A stretch of DNA of 64,000 nt from positions 4,588,001-4,652,000 of the forward strand of contig JAYWIR010000004.1 of assembly GCA_036172245.1 (NCBI GenBank), given 5' to 3'. The translations under genes and the position numbers were made by a program. Below the pieces are notes generated by a model. That model saw only the letters and a program-made list of their open reading frames with translations, made no database searches and was not told where the DNA came from. Origin of the DNA: Raillietiella orientalis (Eukaryota). Position 1 is the first letter of the stretch; the number at the start of each line of letters is the position of its first letter. Positions 24,901-38,281 of the stretch are shown here, piece by piece.

Positions 24901-25998
24901 CTCGATGAAATGCGTGTTCATCACGTTTGTGCAAGAATCCAGTTCGGAGCTGTAAAACATATGCGAACAACGGAGAGAGGTTGCAAGCTCACAGTTGAGG
25001 AATGTGCCCTCATGCAGATCGATAAGTATTTATGGAAAGATCTAAACGATCCTAATGGAAAGCAGAAACTGAGAACAAACACACTTTCAAAATCTTGGTT
25101 GAGGATTGTTAAAGCTGTTTTTCCAAGGAAGCGCCCTTAGAAAGTAAGTTTCCTTCGAGCGGAGTAAGCTCTTTTCCAGGTGAGGAGCTGTTCCGACCCC
25201 GAGTGCTCCTACTCCTCTCAGAGACAGTAAGGCGTTGCTACAGGGAAAAGTACACGTTCATCTGCAAGAGAGTCAAAGAATTCTCCTCAGAAGCACATCT
25301 CAGCCTTCAGGAGATGAGTGGAATTCCGGAGGATACCCACATCAAGTCTCTAAAACATTTTTTTTATATTCTGTCAAATTGGTTCCGAGTTAAGACACAG
25401 TTACTATTCTATGTCTATGCCTATGATTCTAGCAAAAAGGTTTTTAGGAGTAGAAGTGTGAAATTCTAAGTAGGAGGTTGAAGCGTAATATATGCACTTA
25501 GACATATTCTGCTCGCATATGGTAATTGATGAATGCAATTTATTTTACTTACTTTCGTGATGAGTTTACAATTGGTACGAGCACGGATGCTCCACAAAGA
25601 TGCTCATTTGTTTAGTGAGTTGCATAACTGGAATGCCGAATCACTTTCCTAGGGAAGATTCGAACCAGAGATAAATAGAGTTCGTATGTAAAGCACAATC
25701 TTGTGCTCTACTGAAGCATGTAAGGAATACGGACCATGAAAATTGCGCTTTTTCACTGTATCATTTCAAGTAAGATCTGTGACGATATCCTGCAACCTGG
25801 TGAAAAGCTGTGCAAGATGCACAACGGACGACAAGGATACAAAAATTTGTGAACCTCATTTCACCCTATTCATGCTGGAATGCTGCTGTTCACCGACACT
25901 TCACAGATATTGGGGCCAAAATCGAGCATGATATTCATACTTAGCATGTTGACGAAAAATTACGTCATAGCATAGTTTCAGTAAGATTAACAGATAAT

Positions 25999-26053
25999 CA
26001 TACACACACATATACGCATGTGTATGTGTATATGCATATGTATGTATGTATAC
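25999..26053. repeat. Low-complexity (CA)/(TATG) microsatellite
   Basis: CATACACACACATATACGCATGTGTATGTGTATATGCATATGTATGTATGTA. Confidence 0.8.
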
Positions 26054-29000
26054 AAAAGCTCTTTATAAAACAAATTTTCTGGAAGTGAACGAGAACTTTG
26101 TGCACGATATTTTGTTGACAACGTCTGAATCATCCTTGGGAGTCAACCTGTACACTGTTCCTATGGTGGAATGACTGAATGCCGAAAGTCCGTACAGAGT
26201 ATTAGTCACTTAGGCATAAAAACTCTTGAATTTTCATTTATATTTCTCAAAATCACAAACGATCTCAGATGATATGCTTTCTGAAACTACAAGGCAGCTT
26301 CAGAAAAGGATCTTTTCTTTTCGATGCAATGCAGTAGTGATTTTTCTTCTTTGGGTGGGCGCATCTTTGGCTAAAGGTTAGCTTTCAATGCTTCGCAAAT
26401 GTCAGCAACATTGGCCTTGAGTTTAGTTTGAATTACTGTAATTGATAGCATTCCCATTTACACTATAAGGATGCAAATCGTAATCAGAGCGGATGACATG
26501 AGAAGGATGCGATTCGGGAGTATCTAGTCGAATTTTCTCCCATCCTTTCTGGTGAACTCAGGCATCGACTTTGCTAAAACAGTGAGGATGGGACGGAATG
26601 TGCGTGCCTCTCCTCCGAAAAATCTTGGCTTGGAAGCGATGGGATGCGGCACATCTAATCTCGAAGTCGTTAATGCAATTTTCGGGTTTCCCATCTCGAA
26701 TCTCCGACAAGCGTGACTAAATCGCATGATTTTGTTTACTCATCCTCATGTCAAATTCTACCTCGGACAGATGTCATGGGCGTCCCTCCACACTTATGTG
26801 TTTCCAAGTGCTTACTACCAATTGGTGAAAGAAGGAAATCAATGAAACGTTTGGGTTATTCCGAAAGCTGAAACTAGCATGGTCCCGAAATGTTGGCATC
26901 GAAAGACTAACGGAGAAGGGAATGAATGGATTTGTAACTGCTCACAGTAATTCCATCAAGGTGATATGTAACGGCAGCTATCAAAGTGAAAAGAATACCC
27001 CTAAATAAAGGAATACGCCTTCTTTCTTCCCAGGAAAACCCATCAGAGGTAAATATATACATAAGAGAGGGCAAGGAGTTCTTGGATGTAACTGCAGTAT
27101 AATTTTCGGGTTTCCTGTTTTGAAATTCTACATCTGGATACATCTGAACAATCTTTTTCGACAGATTCTTCTTCCTTCTTTATGGAAACCGGTGTTTGGA
27201 TTTTTTGCAGCTTTTGGTGACTAGTATTTCCATTTTTTACCAAGTGTTTCCCTTGAGGCCATTTGAACGTAAAATAATTAGTCAATGCATTCCGTTGCTG
27301 AAATTCTTGTATATTGCAGAATTCTTAAATTGATCACAAAACTGAATTCTAATACATCTTCATTACTCTTAGCACAGCGGAGTGTATACGAAATTATTCT
27401 GAAATATATTTCGACTTTTCACGGAGACACGAACGAAGAGGACACTGAATACCATTTCGTCGTCTATGAACAGAACAAAAATGGATGAGGTTACTTTGAT
27501 GCATTCTTCCACTGTCCTTCGATGCAGTCTGTGCACGGAATCTCAGATGAATCTATGGAGCAAGCAGCAGTCAAATTAATTGAATCATTTTGGTTTAACC
27601 GTGATGGTTTAACCAAACAGTCCTCGAAACTGATCAAAAGTATGAATTCTGAATGTTCCATGAAATTAAAGATTCCCAGCGCTGTTTTCCCCATCCAACA
27701 AGTGGATTCGTGTAAAACTGTTGAAGAAATAAAGCTGATAATTCATTATATAAAGGTCTCGTACTTTTCCTTTCTTTCTTTCTTTTCAAGTCCATACTTC
27801 CAGTTTTGAGGCATGCTGCATCGTCATAAAATGGAACACGACCCGGAAGGAAGACACCGTCCTGCATAATCAAAACAGTCCGTAAAACCATTCCTCTGGA
27901 TGATTTCGAAAGCTTTGATCAACTGCCGTCTATGAAGAATTTCACTACAAAGCATCGATTCTGTTGGGGATTCTTCGAAAAACCTAATTTAAAGAAAGCA
28001 AACAATTCTGCAGAAAGGAAGTTCATCTAAGATTCATCACTCTTTGTGACTTAGCCAATCAGATGAGGCAGTCAGATTTCCCAGGATAAAAGCCCATAAT
28101 ATTGAATGTCAAGAATTGGAGCACTCCTAGAAATTGCTTGAAGCATATTAATTTTTATCAGAAATACTTTCTAACAAAAAAATTAATGGAAAATGCATGT
28201 TTAGATAATCCTGCTGCTGAGATGTCCAGAAGACATGAGAAACTTTGTTACTCTGTCCAAACAACCACCTCTCCAGACTCGATAGGAAAGAAGTAAACAA
28301 ATCCGTTGACTGAGTGAGCTCGAGATCCTCCGAGAAGCTGACGTTCATCTCAGTCTACATACACAAGAACGTTGCTGCTCTCAAAATTATCTCAAGCATG
28401 TTTTCCAGATACTTCAGATTACATATTAATCATTGTAAGATGAAGTCGTCTTTGGTCGCTTTTCTCAAATGCTCTGCAATTCCATATGAAAGCTTCTTTG
28501 TATGGAAATCTCTGCATATCCAAAGTACAAACTTCAGCTCTTTAGGCATCGCGACTCACCTTAAGCTTATGGTAACGTTTCTATTCCTGTTTTTTTTGCA
28601 CTAGGTTCGGTGTCTTTTCAGTGTTGAGATAGTTTTCCAGGGTCACTTAATTACAATTCATGTCTTGCGAATGTACTTGACAATACTTTAATTTTTTAGA
28701 TAAGTGTGAAAAAATAGACTCGATGCAATCCATTGATATATTTTGAATGTGAATATTTAATGATACATGAACGATACCAGTTATTTAGTTTGATTGCTCA
28801 TTCAAAAGACCGGCTCACACTTTAAACTTTGTAGATATTGAAGTTGATCTAAACATAGGATTCTCAGATTTCCATCAGTTTTTCTTCCTCCTCAGCAGGA
28901 TTTCAGATTTTAAGCATAACCACCGTCTTGTGAGGTCCTGTGAACCACTACCGTTGCGACATGGAGGGATTTCATCAAAACTTGAATATGATCAACGCAT

Positions 29001-30535
29001 CTTGCTTGTTTAGAAGTCCAAATTGTAACTATGTTCCGTTGCTTTCCTCTCTTTGATATCATCACGATTCATCTCTTTCATTAAAGAAATCATTTAACTA
29101 CGTAGCTGAAAACTACTTTCAAGCAGAATGCCATTCGAGTTTCTTTTCAAAATCACAAGTGCATGACAGATAAGAGGAATCATTTAAAGTTCCTCCTAGT
29201 CTCCGTTTCTTGTGCTTCAGTTCTTCTTGACAAACAATCACATGGACCACATTGGACATCTGAGGAGCCAGAATTTCAATTCTGGTTTCAAAAGATCGCT
29301 GCGAAATTTTGGTGATTCCGAATGCTCGCTCGTGAGGTTTGATTTCAGCTTTTTTTTTTTTTTTTGCTCTTTGGGGTTCAGAAACTCCGAAGAGATAAAT
29401 AAGCAGAAGCAAACATAAGAAATGAAAGTAAAACACTTTTCAACAAGCATTGCCAGCTCTAAAGTGCTGAAGGCACTTGGAAGCCATTTCGGTAGGAGAG
29501 ATTGAAAACATTGAATACATCAGTTGTCTGCATCCTTCCGCAAGACTTTGAAAGTTCGGAAATCCCTTTGGAAGCTGGTTCGTCACTCGTTCTCCCTGTT
29601 ACTGACAGAACCTGACGTGCGGAGTGCAATGACTGAACAAATTCCATGTACTGATCGTCACACCAAGAACACCAAGTGTTCCAGGGTGGTTTGTGAAACC
29701 AAAACTGAAAAGCCTGCGCTAGAAGGAAGATCGCGATTTCTAAAGAATGCAATCAACACTTTGAAGTAGGAGGCCCAAATGGACCAATATAATCGAAAAC
29801 CAAGGAAGCTCGCGGCATCGATGCAGACTGCAATCAATCTTGGATAAATATTTTCCATCTCTGCTTTTCATCACGTAGATTCTTGCGATGGAATTTTTGT
29901 ATTTGTTGATGGGATTCTGGAGCAGCTCTGCTTGAGACAACTAAACATTTCGATGTAGAAGGCAAACAAAAGGCAGCAGAAATTCAACTGGTCTTTCTGG
30001 TTGCGAGCTCCGACATTCCTTTTGTAGATACAGAAAAAGTTTGCACATTTCTTCGCATTCAAAATGCATTGTACATTACATCAAACTCAAAGGATGTCCC
30101 TTCATTCCGATTTCTGTGCTTAGCGTATGCGTAATGGTGACGATGCTGATTGGATTTTGCAGCCCTTAAAAATTCGGATCCTCAAAACTCTATCAAATAT
30201 AATCCTCCAGTATGTTTTCTGTACATGGTGGTTCTTCCCCTATTTCATACTAAGCTGTTTTACAATGATGCTCCATTCCAGATGAAAGAACTAGTTGCTC
30301 TCGAACTATTTGCATTGTCTCGAAGTCAAGGAACAAAGTTGACTAACCAGTACGCTTCTTAAATGATTTTTCTTTCAGTACTGCTGCCTGTTCCTTCTTA
30401 CGTTCTTTTGATGTCGACTCTTGAAATTCAGACTTCTAGGAGTGCGCATGTTTCCAAGCTGGGAAGAGAAGAAGCAAAGAGAAGGAAATTGTGAGCTGCA
30501 CCTGGAGCCGTACTAACGAAATTATCTTGTGGGCG

Positions 30536-31074
30536 ATTCTCTCATTTCCGTTTCTCCGTTTTCTTGAGCCACGCGTTGCACATCTCGGACTGCTGTACCA
30601 ACGCGTATTCAAAGCCCCACTCGTAGGTCGTGTCGGTGATGGCCCTTTCGCTTCCGGTTTGCGGTTTTGCCACAGATGCGCGTCCCCAAGTAAAACCACC
30701 AGCCTCGAGGAAAGTCGCAGATTGAAGGAGCAAGAATCCCCCCTTTTCCGAGTTCCTTCTGCAGAGTGGGTCGAGGGCTCCATACCAATCCTCCTGCTCC
30801 GACACGGGATTCCATCTCGCTGGAAAAAAGTCCGTTCGTCTTGGATTGGAGAATCTGGAGAGAGAGAATTGCTGTTTCGCTGACCCCTGTAAGAGAGTTG
30901 GTCTTCGTTTCTTCTTCTTCCCGTGGAGCGATCTGCTTGAGTACTGTCCCACCCGATCCGTTGAGTAGGGGTGATGGAAGGTGGAACATCCCGAAGGTAC
31001 TTGGGTTTAGTCGGTCACGGTTGTTTTACTGCTACCACTTTCTTGATCGGAAGAGACTCTTCGAGAGGATGCTT
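30536..31074 (-). repeat. 539-bp inverted duplicate of 60049-60587; probably a decayed L1/Tx1 ORF2 fragment
   Basis: The listed 126-aa and 136-aa translations are identical in both copies. A frameshifted KYL/GMF and TLQKELGKGGILAPSI resemble the KYLG and GGLG motifs downstream of RT; the family call is tentative. Confidence 0.9.
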
Positions 31075-34000
31075 AAATACCAAGAATACAAGACAAGAGA
31101 AATACAGAGCCAAATTTTGTGAAATAGATATCTATTTTGTTTTCTATAACAGTCTAAACTATAATTCATTTTCTATAATATTTCTATAATATTGGAAGTA
31201 GAAGGCATTCGATTTCCACATTTCACACACAATTTTCAATTAATAATGGGGTTTCATAGTAATTTTATTGCTTCTTAGAATACATATGGCTTTATTGGAA
31301 ATCACAGATCCTGAAAAAGTACTCTTCTTCATGCAAGACTGATGTTTTCTTTCATCGACGCATTCCTTTGTAGGTGCTTTTCTCTCCATGGTGTTTCACA
31401 TCATAGATACGTTTGGTTTCTTCCTTTCCTCTTCAGAATGGTCTTCAAAGGTTCGTTTCTGTGTATGTTGCTCTTTTCTAACAATTTCAAATATCTACAA
31501 AGCTTGAAAGAAAGCATCAAAGAAATTGCTCCACCACTAATACTAATAGATATGTTTCTTGGAATCCTACAAATTTTCGGCAAGTTTCAAAAATCTCGCT
31601 TCTTCATAGGGTGCTTTCAAATTTGAAAACGATGGATATTTTTCCACATAATTTCAAAGTCATTGGTATTTGTTGCATGTGTGCACAGATGGAAATCAGT
31701 TGACTCGGTCATGTACATTACGTTTCCCAATACTGTTTACACACGTAATGAAAAGTAACAGCAATGCTTGTGCACAATTCAAGTAAACTGAGGAACTGCC
31801 TCGTGCCTGAATTTGATTTCTCAGCTTCCGTATTCTAGTTGAGTCGTGTAGCACAAAATTTTTCAACTGATTAGGCAGGATTTCCAGAAAATAGAAGGAA
31901 AAATGTACTGGAAAATAAGAAAAGTTTGATATTATTAGCATGCGAGTCTCCAAGGGAAGTGAATTTGGAAACAAAAAAATGTGTACTCTGATGTTGGTAC
32001 ACGAGTTATGCTCACTCTGCACTCGATGACGACTAAACTATTGAAGAGGTGCTATGCTGCCCAGATATCAATTTCGAAAGGCATCTGACAAAGCTGCTGA
32101 TGAACGAATGTGACAAACATCATGAAAGATCATGCTTTTCTTAAAGCTGCAAACTCCGCAAATAGAAAAAGTCTCAACAAAAGCATTCGGATAATCTCAC
32201 GCACCTTAAGTTTTCCAGGATTCACGAAACCCGTAAATATCCATGCGTAGCAAAAATTTGCTCAAGAAGGTAAAATCTACCAAGAATTCAAATCTTTAAA
32301 ATTCAGGAAGAGCAAAGAGAATAGCCGGGGCTTAGGGAGAGGGCGCAAACGTTGTTTGGAATCTGTTGGTTCTCGTCAAAGTAACCCTCAAGGAGATGAA
32401 GCATCGGCGTCAAAAACATGCATGAAGTAAGGAAGAGACTGAAAAAGATGCACTTTATCGAGGAAGCAAGGGCTGGAGGATCGCTGCAGCTTGAAACGAC
32501 GTGAAGATTTCAGAGGTTACATTGTGCGTGCAGACACTGGAGAGGGTGTTTTTGCAGTGCTCCCCGATGGAATGAAGCAGCAGGAATATCGAGGGAGGGG
32601 GGGGACTCAGAAAGAGGCACTGAAAACTAAAGATTCGGAAATAGAAAATGGAGGTTCCCCCAAATATTTTCGTTGTTGATGACGGTCAGACTCGATTCGG
32701 GGAAACGCCGTATTTTAGTATAATGGCTACGAGTTTGAGAATGCACTCTCCAGTCTTTTGTTAGTTCCTGGAGTGAATATTCTTTACAATAGGTATAACA
32801 GAATCAAGAAGATGAAAATGGCGATTGCAGTCCTTCTTGGATAAACACGTTTCTCAGTTCATTAGCGAAAACTCATCCGCGCCTTGGACAATGACTGAAA
32901 TCTTGCAAAGATATCCATGAGATTCCTGTTAAGGGACTTGTTATTCTGAGTCTGTTCTCTCGAGCAGCTATCATTTGAGCGGGATTTTGATCTTTGGAAG
33001 GCCGCGATGCGAAATCCAGTGCCTTCTGAAACGGTTTAGTTTGAGAGGAGAATCCGAATTCACTCCCAAAAGCATTTCCTTGCATCTGACGCAGAATTCG
33101 AAAAGAATTTCAAGTTTTGCAAAAGTCATCTTTGCTTCGACTTCCAATATCACTTTGAACCGACCAACCAACTTGAGCAAGAATCCGAGGTGTGTTTGTT
33201 TTTCTGAAATATCGAAGCAGCCTAGGAATACTCTCAAGACATGACTTTTGAAATTCACAAGTCTTGGGTGACCTCCAAATTTGCATCTTCAGGAGGAGGA
33301 TCTCTGATATTAGTCACCAATTGGGAATCAAAAGACTTGAAAAAGGTCCTTTCCCTTCAGAAATCTAAATGCAAAGAACTTAATTTTTCTCGCGACCTCC
33401 ATTAAAGTATCCGTATGTTCTGGAAATTCGAAAAGAACGAGTTTGAAAGTACAGATGTTCGAAAAGCAGCTCTAGTAATTCCATATGTAAATCTAGAAGA
33501 GAGAACGATAGCAGAAGGTTTGAATTGACTTCAGCCGAGCAAGAAATTTATTTTGGAATCTTTTTGTTGTTTCTTGCACCTTTTTTTTTCCGAATTCGTG
33601 TTTTCGTGAAACCGAAGGATCCACATGTTTCCTGTTGAGGTAGTGTACAAGATTAGTGGATTTCCACAGAAATGGAAATCGGACAGAAGACTTGCTTCCC
33701 CCAGGAATTGGTGGAAAGTACGCTTCCTGTTCTTAGGTAGGAACATCAACACACTAAACCCAAGAACTTTTACCAAGTGTACGAACTGCTGATTGTGTAG
33801 GAAATGGTACACTGTGTTCTCACCAGTACCAAAGTTATAAACGGTTTTCAGTTTTAGTAAATTAGTTTCTATTATCTGCCACTACTTATGTAGTAACAGT
33901 GCTATGCTGGCATATACTACAACAGTAGTAATAAAAACGTGATTAAAGAATTAAGTTTTAGTGATTGAAAGCTAGTTAATGTTATTTTAGAAGAACTTTG

Positions 34001-37000
34001 AAATCCCTATTCTAACGATTTGGAAACGATACAATACCAGAATGGTATATTCTAGTGAAACATCAGTTGTTCACTTTGGGGATCAAAAATTCCCATGAAA
34101 CTATCAGTGGTGTCTTTATGAAGTGCATCTACATGTATATTTGCACATGTATGTAGAAAACGAATGACTATTTGAATGGCGTTTTCATGAAATATATAGT
34201 GAGATATGTAGAAATAATAATGAAGAAAAATGTCCTAAACAAAACGTGCAAATTTTTTGTGTTTCGAGAGCACCAATTAACTGTGGGAACTAATTGCAAT
34301 GCCTCCAAAAAAATCCTTGGTGTTCTGCATATTTTCTAGAATTCCAGATAATGGTATTACGCTATTTTTGTGCCGTAATATTATTATCTGTTTTTCTTTT
34401 TTTTTCATTTAAAGGATGGAATTCGAATAATAAATAGATGATTTTTTTTTTTAATTTACGATTATTCTTAAAGGCGTCCTTGAAGTATTTCTTTGGACGT
34501 CATGGGTATCAAAGGTACTTGAAAATAACCTCAAATAAAAAGGTTGAGAACACTGAATGACAACTCTAGGCAAACACTAAATCTAATACATATGAAAATT
34601 AATTTGAAGCATCAGACTAACGGTAATTTTAATATCCTATCCTTAGTATGTATATTCACAGTCAGTGAATGGATGCATAAGTTATGCTCTATTATGTACA
34701 TGTGCACTGATGCTCTGCACGTGAGTTGAAACCGCCCTTGTAATCGTAGCAGTGTATGGGGTCACTAAGAAGTATGTTTGCCACCCTTTCTGCCTTTGAA
34801 TTCGTAAGTCAACCATAGCTAAGGCTGGACCTTAATTACTTGCATGTTACCCTTAGCGAAGGCTTCATAGACTGCACTGTCTTTGGGATTCTCTAAAGTA
34901 CATCCTCTTCAATTACAGAATTATAAATTTCAGAGCTGATTTCATGTATCGACGGGCTACATAGCAAAAATCTCACCTTCGTAAACTTCCGAACATGCTT
35001 TCTCATGCTAGCTATCTCTTGAGGTTGATGAGCAAATGTGGTCCGATTTTAGCAAAGTCTGAAAGCACTCTGCAATCTCATCCTAAATTCATCACGCTGC
35101 CCGATTTACGAATCTAAAAAGCAGCATTAAAACGAATGCATGTTTTTAAGTTGTTCCTCAGCCTGTTTCTCCAAAGTAAATCTGCTGCATAAATTTGAAA
35201 GCTGGCATCGTTCTGCCGTTCTGAGTTTGGAAGCCATGGACGGCAGACCTGTAAACCGTGGCTTGCAGCTGCATGGTCCCTGACAGGCAGCATCTGTAAC
35301 CCTAATGAGACTGTGAAACTCGCGGAAACGAATTTTTCCATTTGACTGGTTTTGGTGAAATTTGTCTCATGTTGTACCACATGGGTACGTGCGTACTTGC
35401 ATGTCCGGGTCGTTACTCGCCACCAGCATAAAACCTTGGAATTTTGCAAGAAGGTTCACATTCCTCTGAATGACAACAGTTTTCGATGACGCACATGAGA
35501 ATTGGGTCTTTAATATTCGTAGCCGTGACATTGCCTTCATTGTGCTGCTTCATGATCACTGCATGCGAGATGGAACACAAGCCTTTGCTCTCAGGAACTC
35601 GGAATCAGCCTCGAATAAGCAAACATTCCTGAAAACGTTTCGGCTGTGCCACATGACTACATCCGGTTCGTCCTTGAGCGGATCGCGCGCCGACAAACCA
35701 CAAAGCAGTGTTGGACGGCGTGCTTTGCAAAGAAGCGTCCACTGTGGACACACTCGACACGTGAGTGTGTAGTGACGAAGCACGTCTCTTCCGCGGTGCC
35801 GGATGCACGGAGGGAGAGAAAAATCAATCGAGCGGTTTCGAAAATTTTTTGCGAAAGAACTCCTCGGATGCTCCAATAAAATGAAACCATTTGAAGAAGA
35901 ATCTCGAAATACCTCTGCAAAGAGAATTTACGACTATGCCACTGCTTTCCTAGACAATTTCAGTTTTCCGAGTTGAAATCGGAGTACTTGGACTTTCATC
36001 ATATCTAAAAGCAGTTGATGAGACTTAGTGACGTACAGGACATCTGACAGCTAGCTGTTTCATCCGCGTCTGTGTGGAAAAACATAGCAAATCGGTAAAT
36101 CTTGTTCTTACTCCCGGGAACTCCGCCCTTCAGAACATGCTTATTTGATTCGGAGCCCGTAGAAGAATGGTAGAATACACACATGTATAGGAAGCCTTGT
36201 TGGTACAATACAAGAAGCGTCGAAAGTAAGCGAAACTTTTTTGTGTTTTGATGGTGATGTTCCAGCCATAGGCAGTACAAATGGCAATGTTTTGAGTTTA
36301 TTGAGGAGACCTATAGGCTCTAAATTTCGGTTATGTGTGGACCCACGTATAAGCAGGGAATGTATGTGTATTCTTAAACTCTGTCCACCGTAAACATGCC
36401 TCGTTCTGATGTTTCGGATAAGACATTTTCCAAGCACTGCATTCTCACACGTTTAAATCATCCGGGATTGTTCCATTTTTGGAAGTTGGAAGCGTCTCTG
36501 CGTAGCTGCACGAGAACTGGCTGGTTCCTCATCATAAAGTGGTGAAAGCATCTTTTCACCTGATGTAAAGGACAAACTAGTTCCCATAACTTCTAACCAG
36601 GTTCATCAATGCTGGTATCCTAAACCCCGGGAACACTTCGAACTTTTCATTTGAACAAGTATCGAAAGATCGGGAGATCGAGCACAGAATGTCTTTTTGG
36701 ATGGAAAGGGAAGAAACTTGCTCCCTTGATTTTTCATTGATTTATTGCAAATGCGATTTTGAGTCTTGATATTCCTGCTCTTTTGTGTCATTGTAGGAGC
36801 AACCTTCTCCTTGTTCCTAAGATGTGCGATTCAAGAATTTTCTAGAAAATTCACAAATTGCAATGGAAGAGTTTTTTTTTTTTTGTATTTAGGATTGGAA
36901 GGATGGTTGGAGTTTTGTCTGGTTGTCTTTCTCCGACGAACAGATTCCTCTAAAGTAGAATGCAGTAATCAGAAACTAAGTCATCTAGAGCATCTGAATA

Positions 37001-37246
37001 TACTAAGGAATACTAAAGCGTTGAAGACGCTTTGGAATGTTTCGTGAAGCCAGAGAAATCCTCCTGCCGCTAGGAGATATCCTAGAGGACTGGACAAAGT
37101 GATCCCGAATAGCTGTTACACCCTTTGCCACAGCACTGCCTGCCCTCTGCAAACGATGGCCGCAGCCAACCGACAGGGTGGGAGTTGCCCTGCAGAAATG
37201 CAGGAGTCGAGAAAACTCCTCTACGTCTGCAAGATGAGCTAGTTTT

Positions 37247-38281
37247 GCACCCGGCCACGCTGAAACACTTTTTCAAAAATAGATAAATTACAGGCCACAC
37301 AAAGAGACAAAAAAAGTTCACTAGAGGTGACCACCAGCTCGCAGGCCTGATTCTAAGGGAGTAGAAGCGGGAGGGAATCTCTTGCAACTGCCCCTTTGGT
37401 TTAAGGCAAGCGAGTTGGTGAACGCCGCCACTCCCCGTTCCCACGCGAAAGACTCCTTCGGTGGAGTGATCTGTTCAGAGTGCACCCCGAAGAACTCGTG
37501 GTCCGTTCCCTGTGTGAGGACACGGGAGTGTCCGCACACGGAAAGAAACACGCTCCGTGGAAACGAGACGTTCTTCTGTTTCGGCACTAGGTATTCCGGT
37601 GCAATCAACTTAGGCATCCAGGGTGACTGCCTCCCTGAACGGTTTGAGATGCGGAGCGACAGAATCGTTCAATCATCTCCCGCTGAACTGCAGTGCCCTG
37701 GAAGACATGTAGCGGGGACTCCCTCCGGCATTCCGTCAACTGCAAGACCCCCCTTCCCCGCCACTTCGAACTGCTGCAACGTTTGTTTACTCAACACGGG
37801 CTAATGGCGGGTGCGCCGTGATTTCACACTCGGGTGACCCGGGGCGTTGATTTCTCTTAGAGGGATCGATGAAGCCAAAAGTCTTACCTACTCCAATTAT
37901 TGCACTAAAACTAAGGTGAGGCCAGCAAGGTCCATCACGTCCACGAAGGGGAAGAGGGAGGGATAAAACAAAACTAGAAGGAAAAAAGAAAAAAACTATA
38001 ACAAACAACGAGATGTTGCATCCGCTCCATAGTGACAGTCTTCTATGTGTTGAGGTCTCGTTCGCAGCGAAGGAGCCATTTGCATGGCAACCACCTTGAT
38101 GAGGACGTATGAGAGGTGGCCTCTTCTTCCAGAAGAATTCGTCAGAGAGATCGCTACACAGCCGCATTTAGGAAGAAAGGAACGATTGAGGCCAAAGACC
38201 GTCCGTACTTTCCCGTCTTTTTTTGCTTTATTTGTTGTCTTCTCCCGATCGTTCCTGACCGTTTTCTAAAAGCCGGCCTGC
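37247..38281. mobile_element. Tx1-like copy with internal inversion: 3' end on minus (37247-37347), body on plus (~37365-38281)
   Basis: The minus piece matches the distal UTR (GTCACCTCTAGTGAAC vs GTCACCTCCAGTGAAC at ~13940-13956) and carries a decayed terminal motif. The plus piece has the ORF2 end and proximal UTR. GGCCTGC occurs at both breakpoints. Confidence 0.75.
37558..38200 (-). repeat. Near-identical inverted duplicate of 14009-14667
   Basis: Direct sequence comparison; see the partner feature. Confidence 0.95.

Noticed and set aside
25650..25720. tRNA or tRNA-derived SINE on minus (GGTTCGAATCT B-box-like)
   Set aside because: No cloverleaf, a poor A box and atypical spacing.
35450..35760. 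FAD-oxidoreductase-like N-terminus on minus (CGLSA...NVCLFEA)
   Set aside because: No intact GxGxxG motif; the similarity is too weak.
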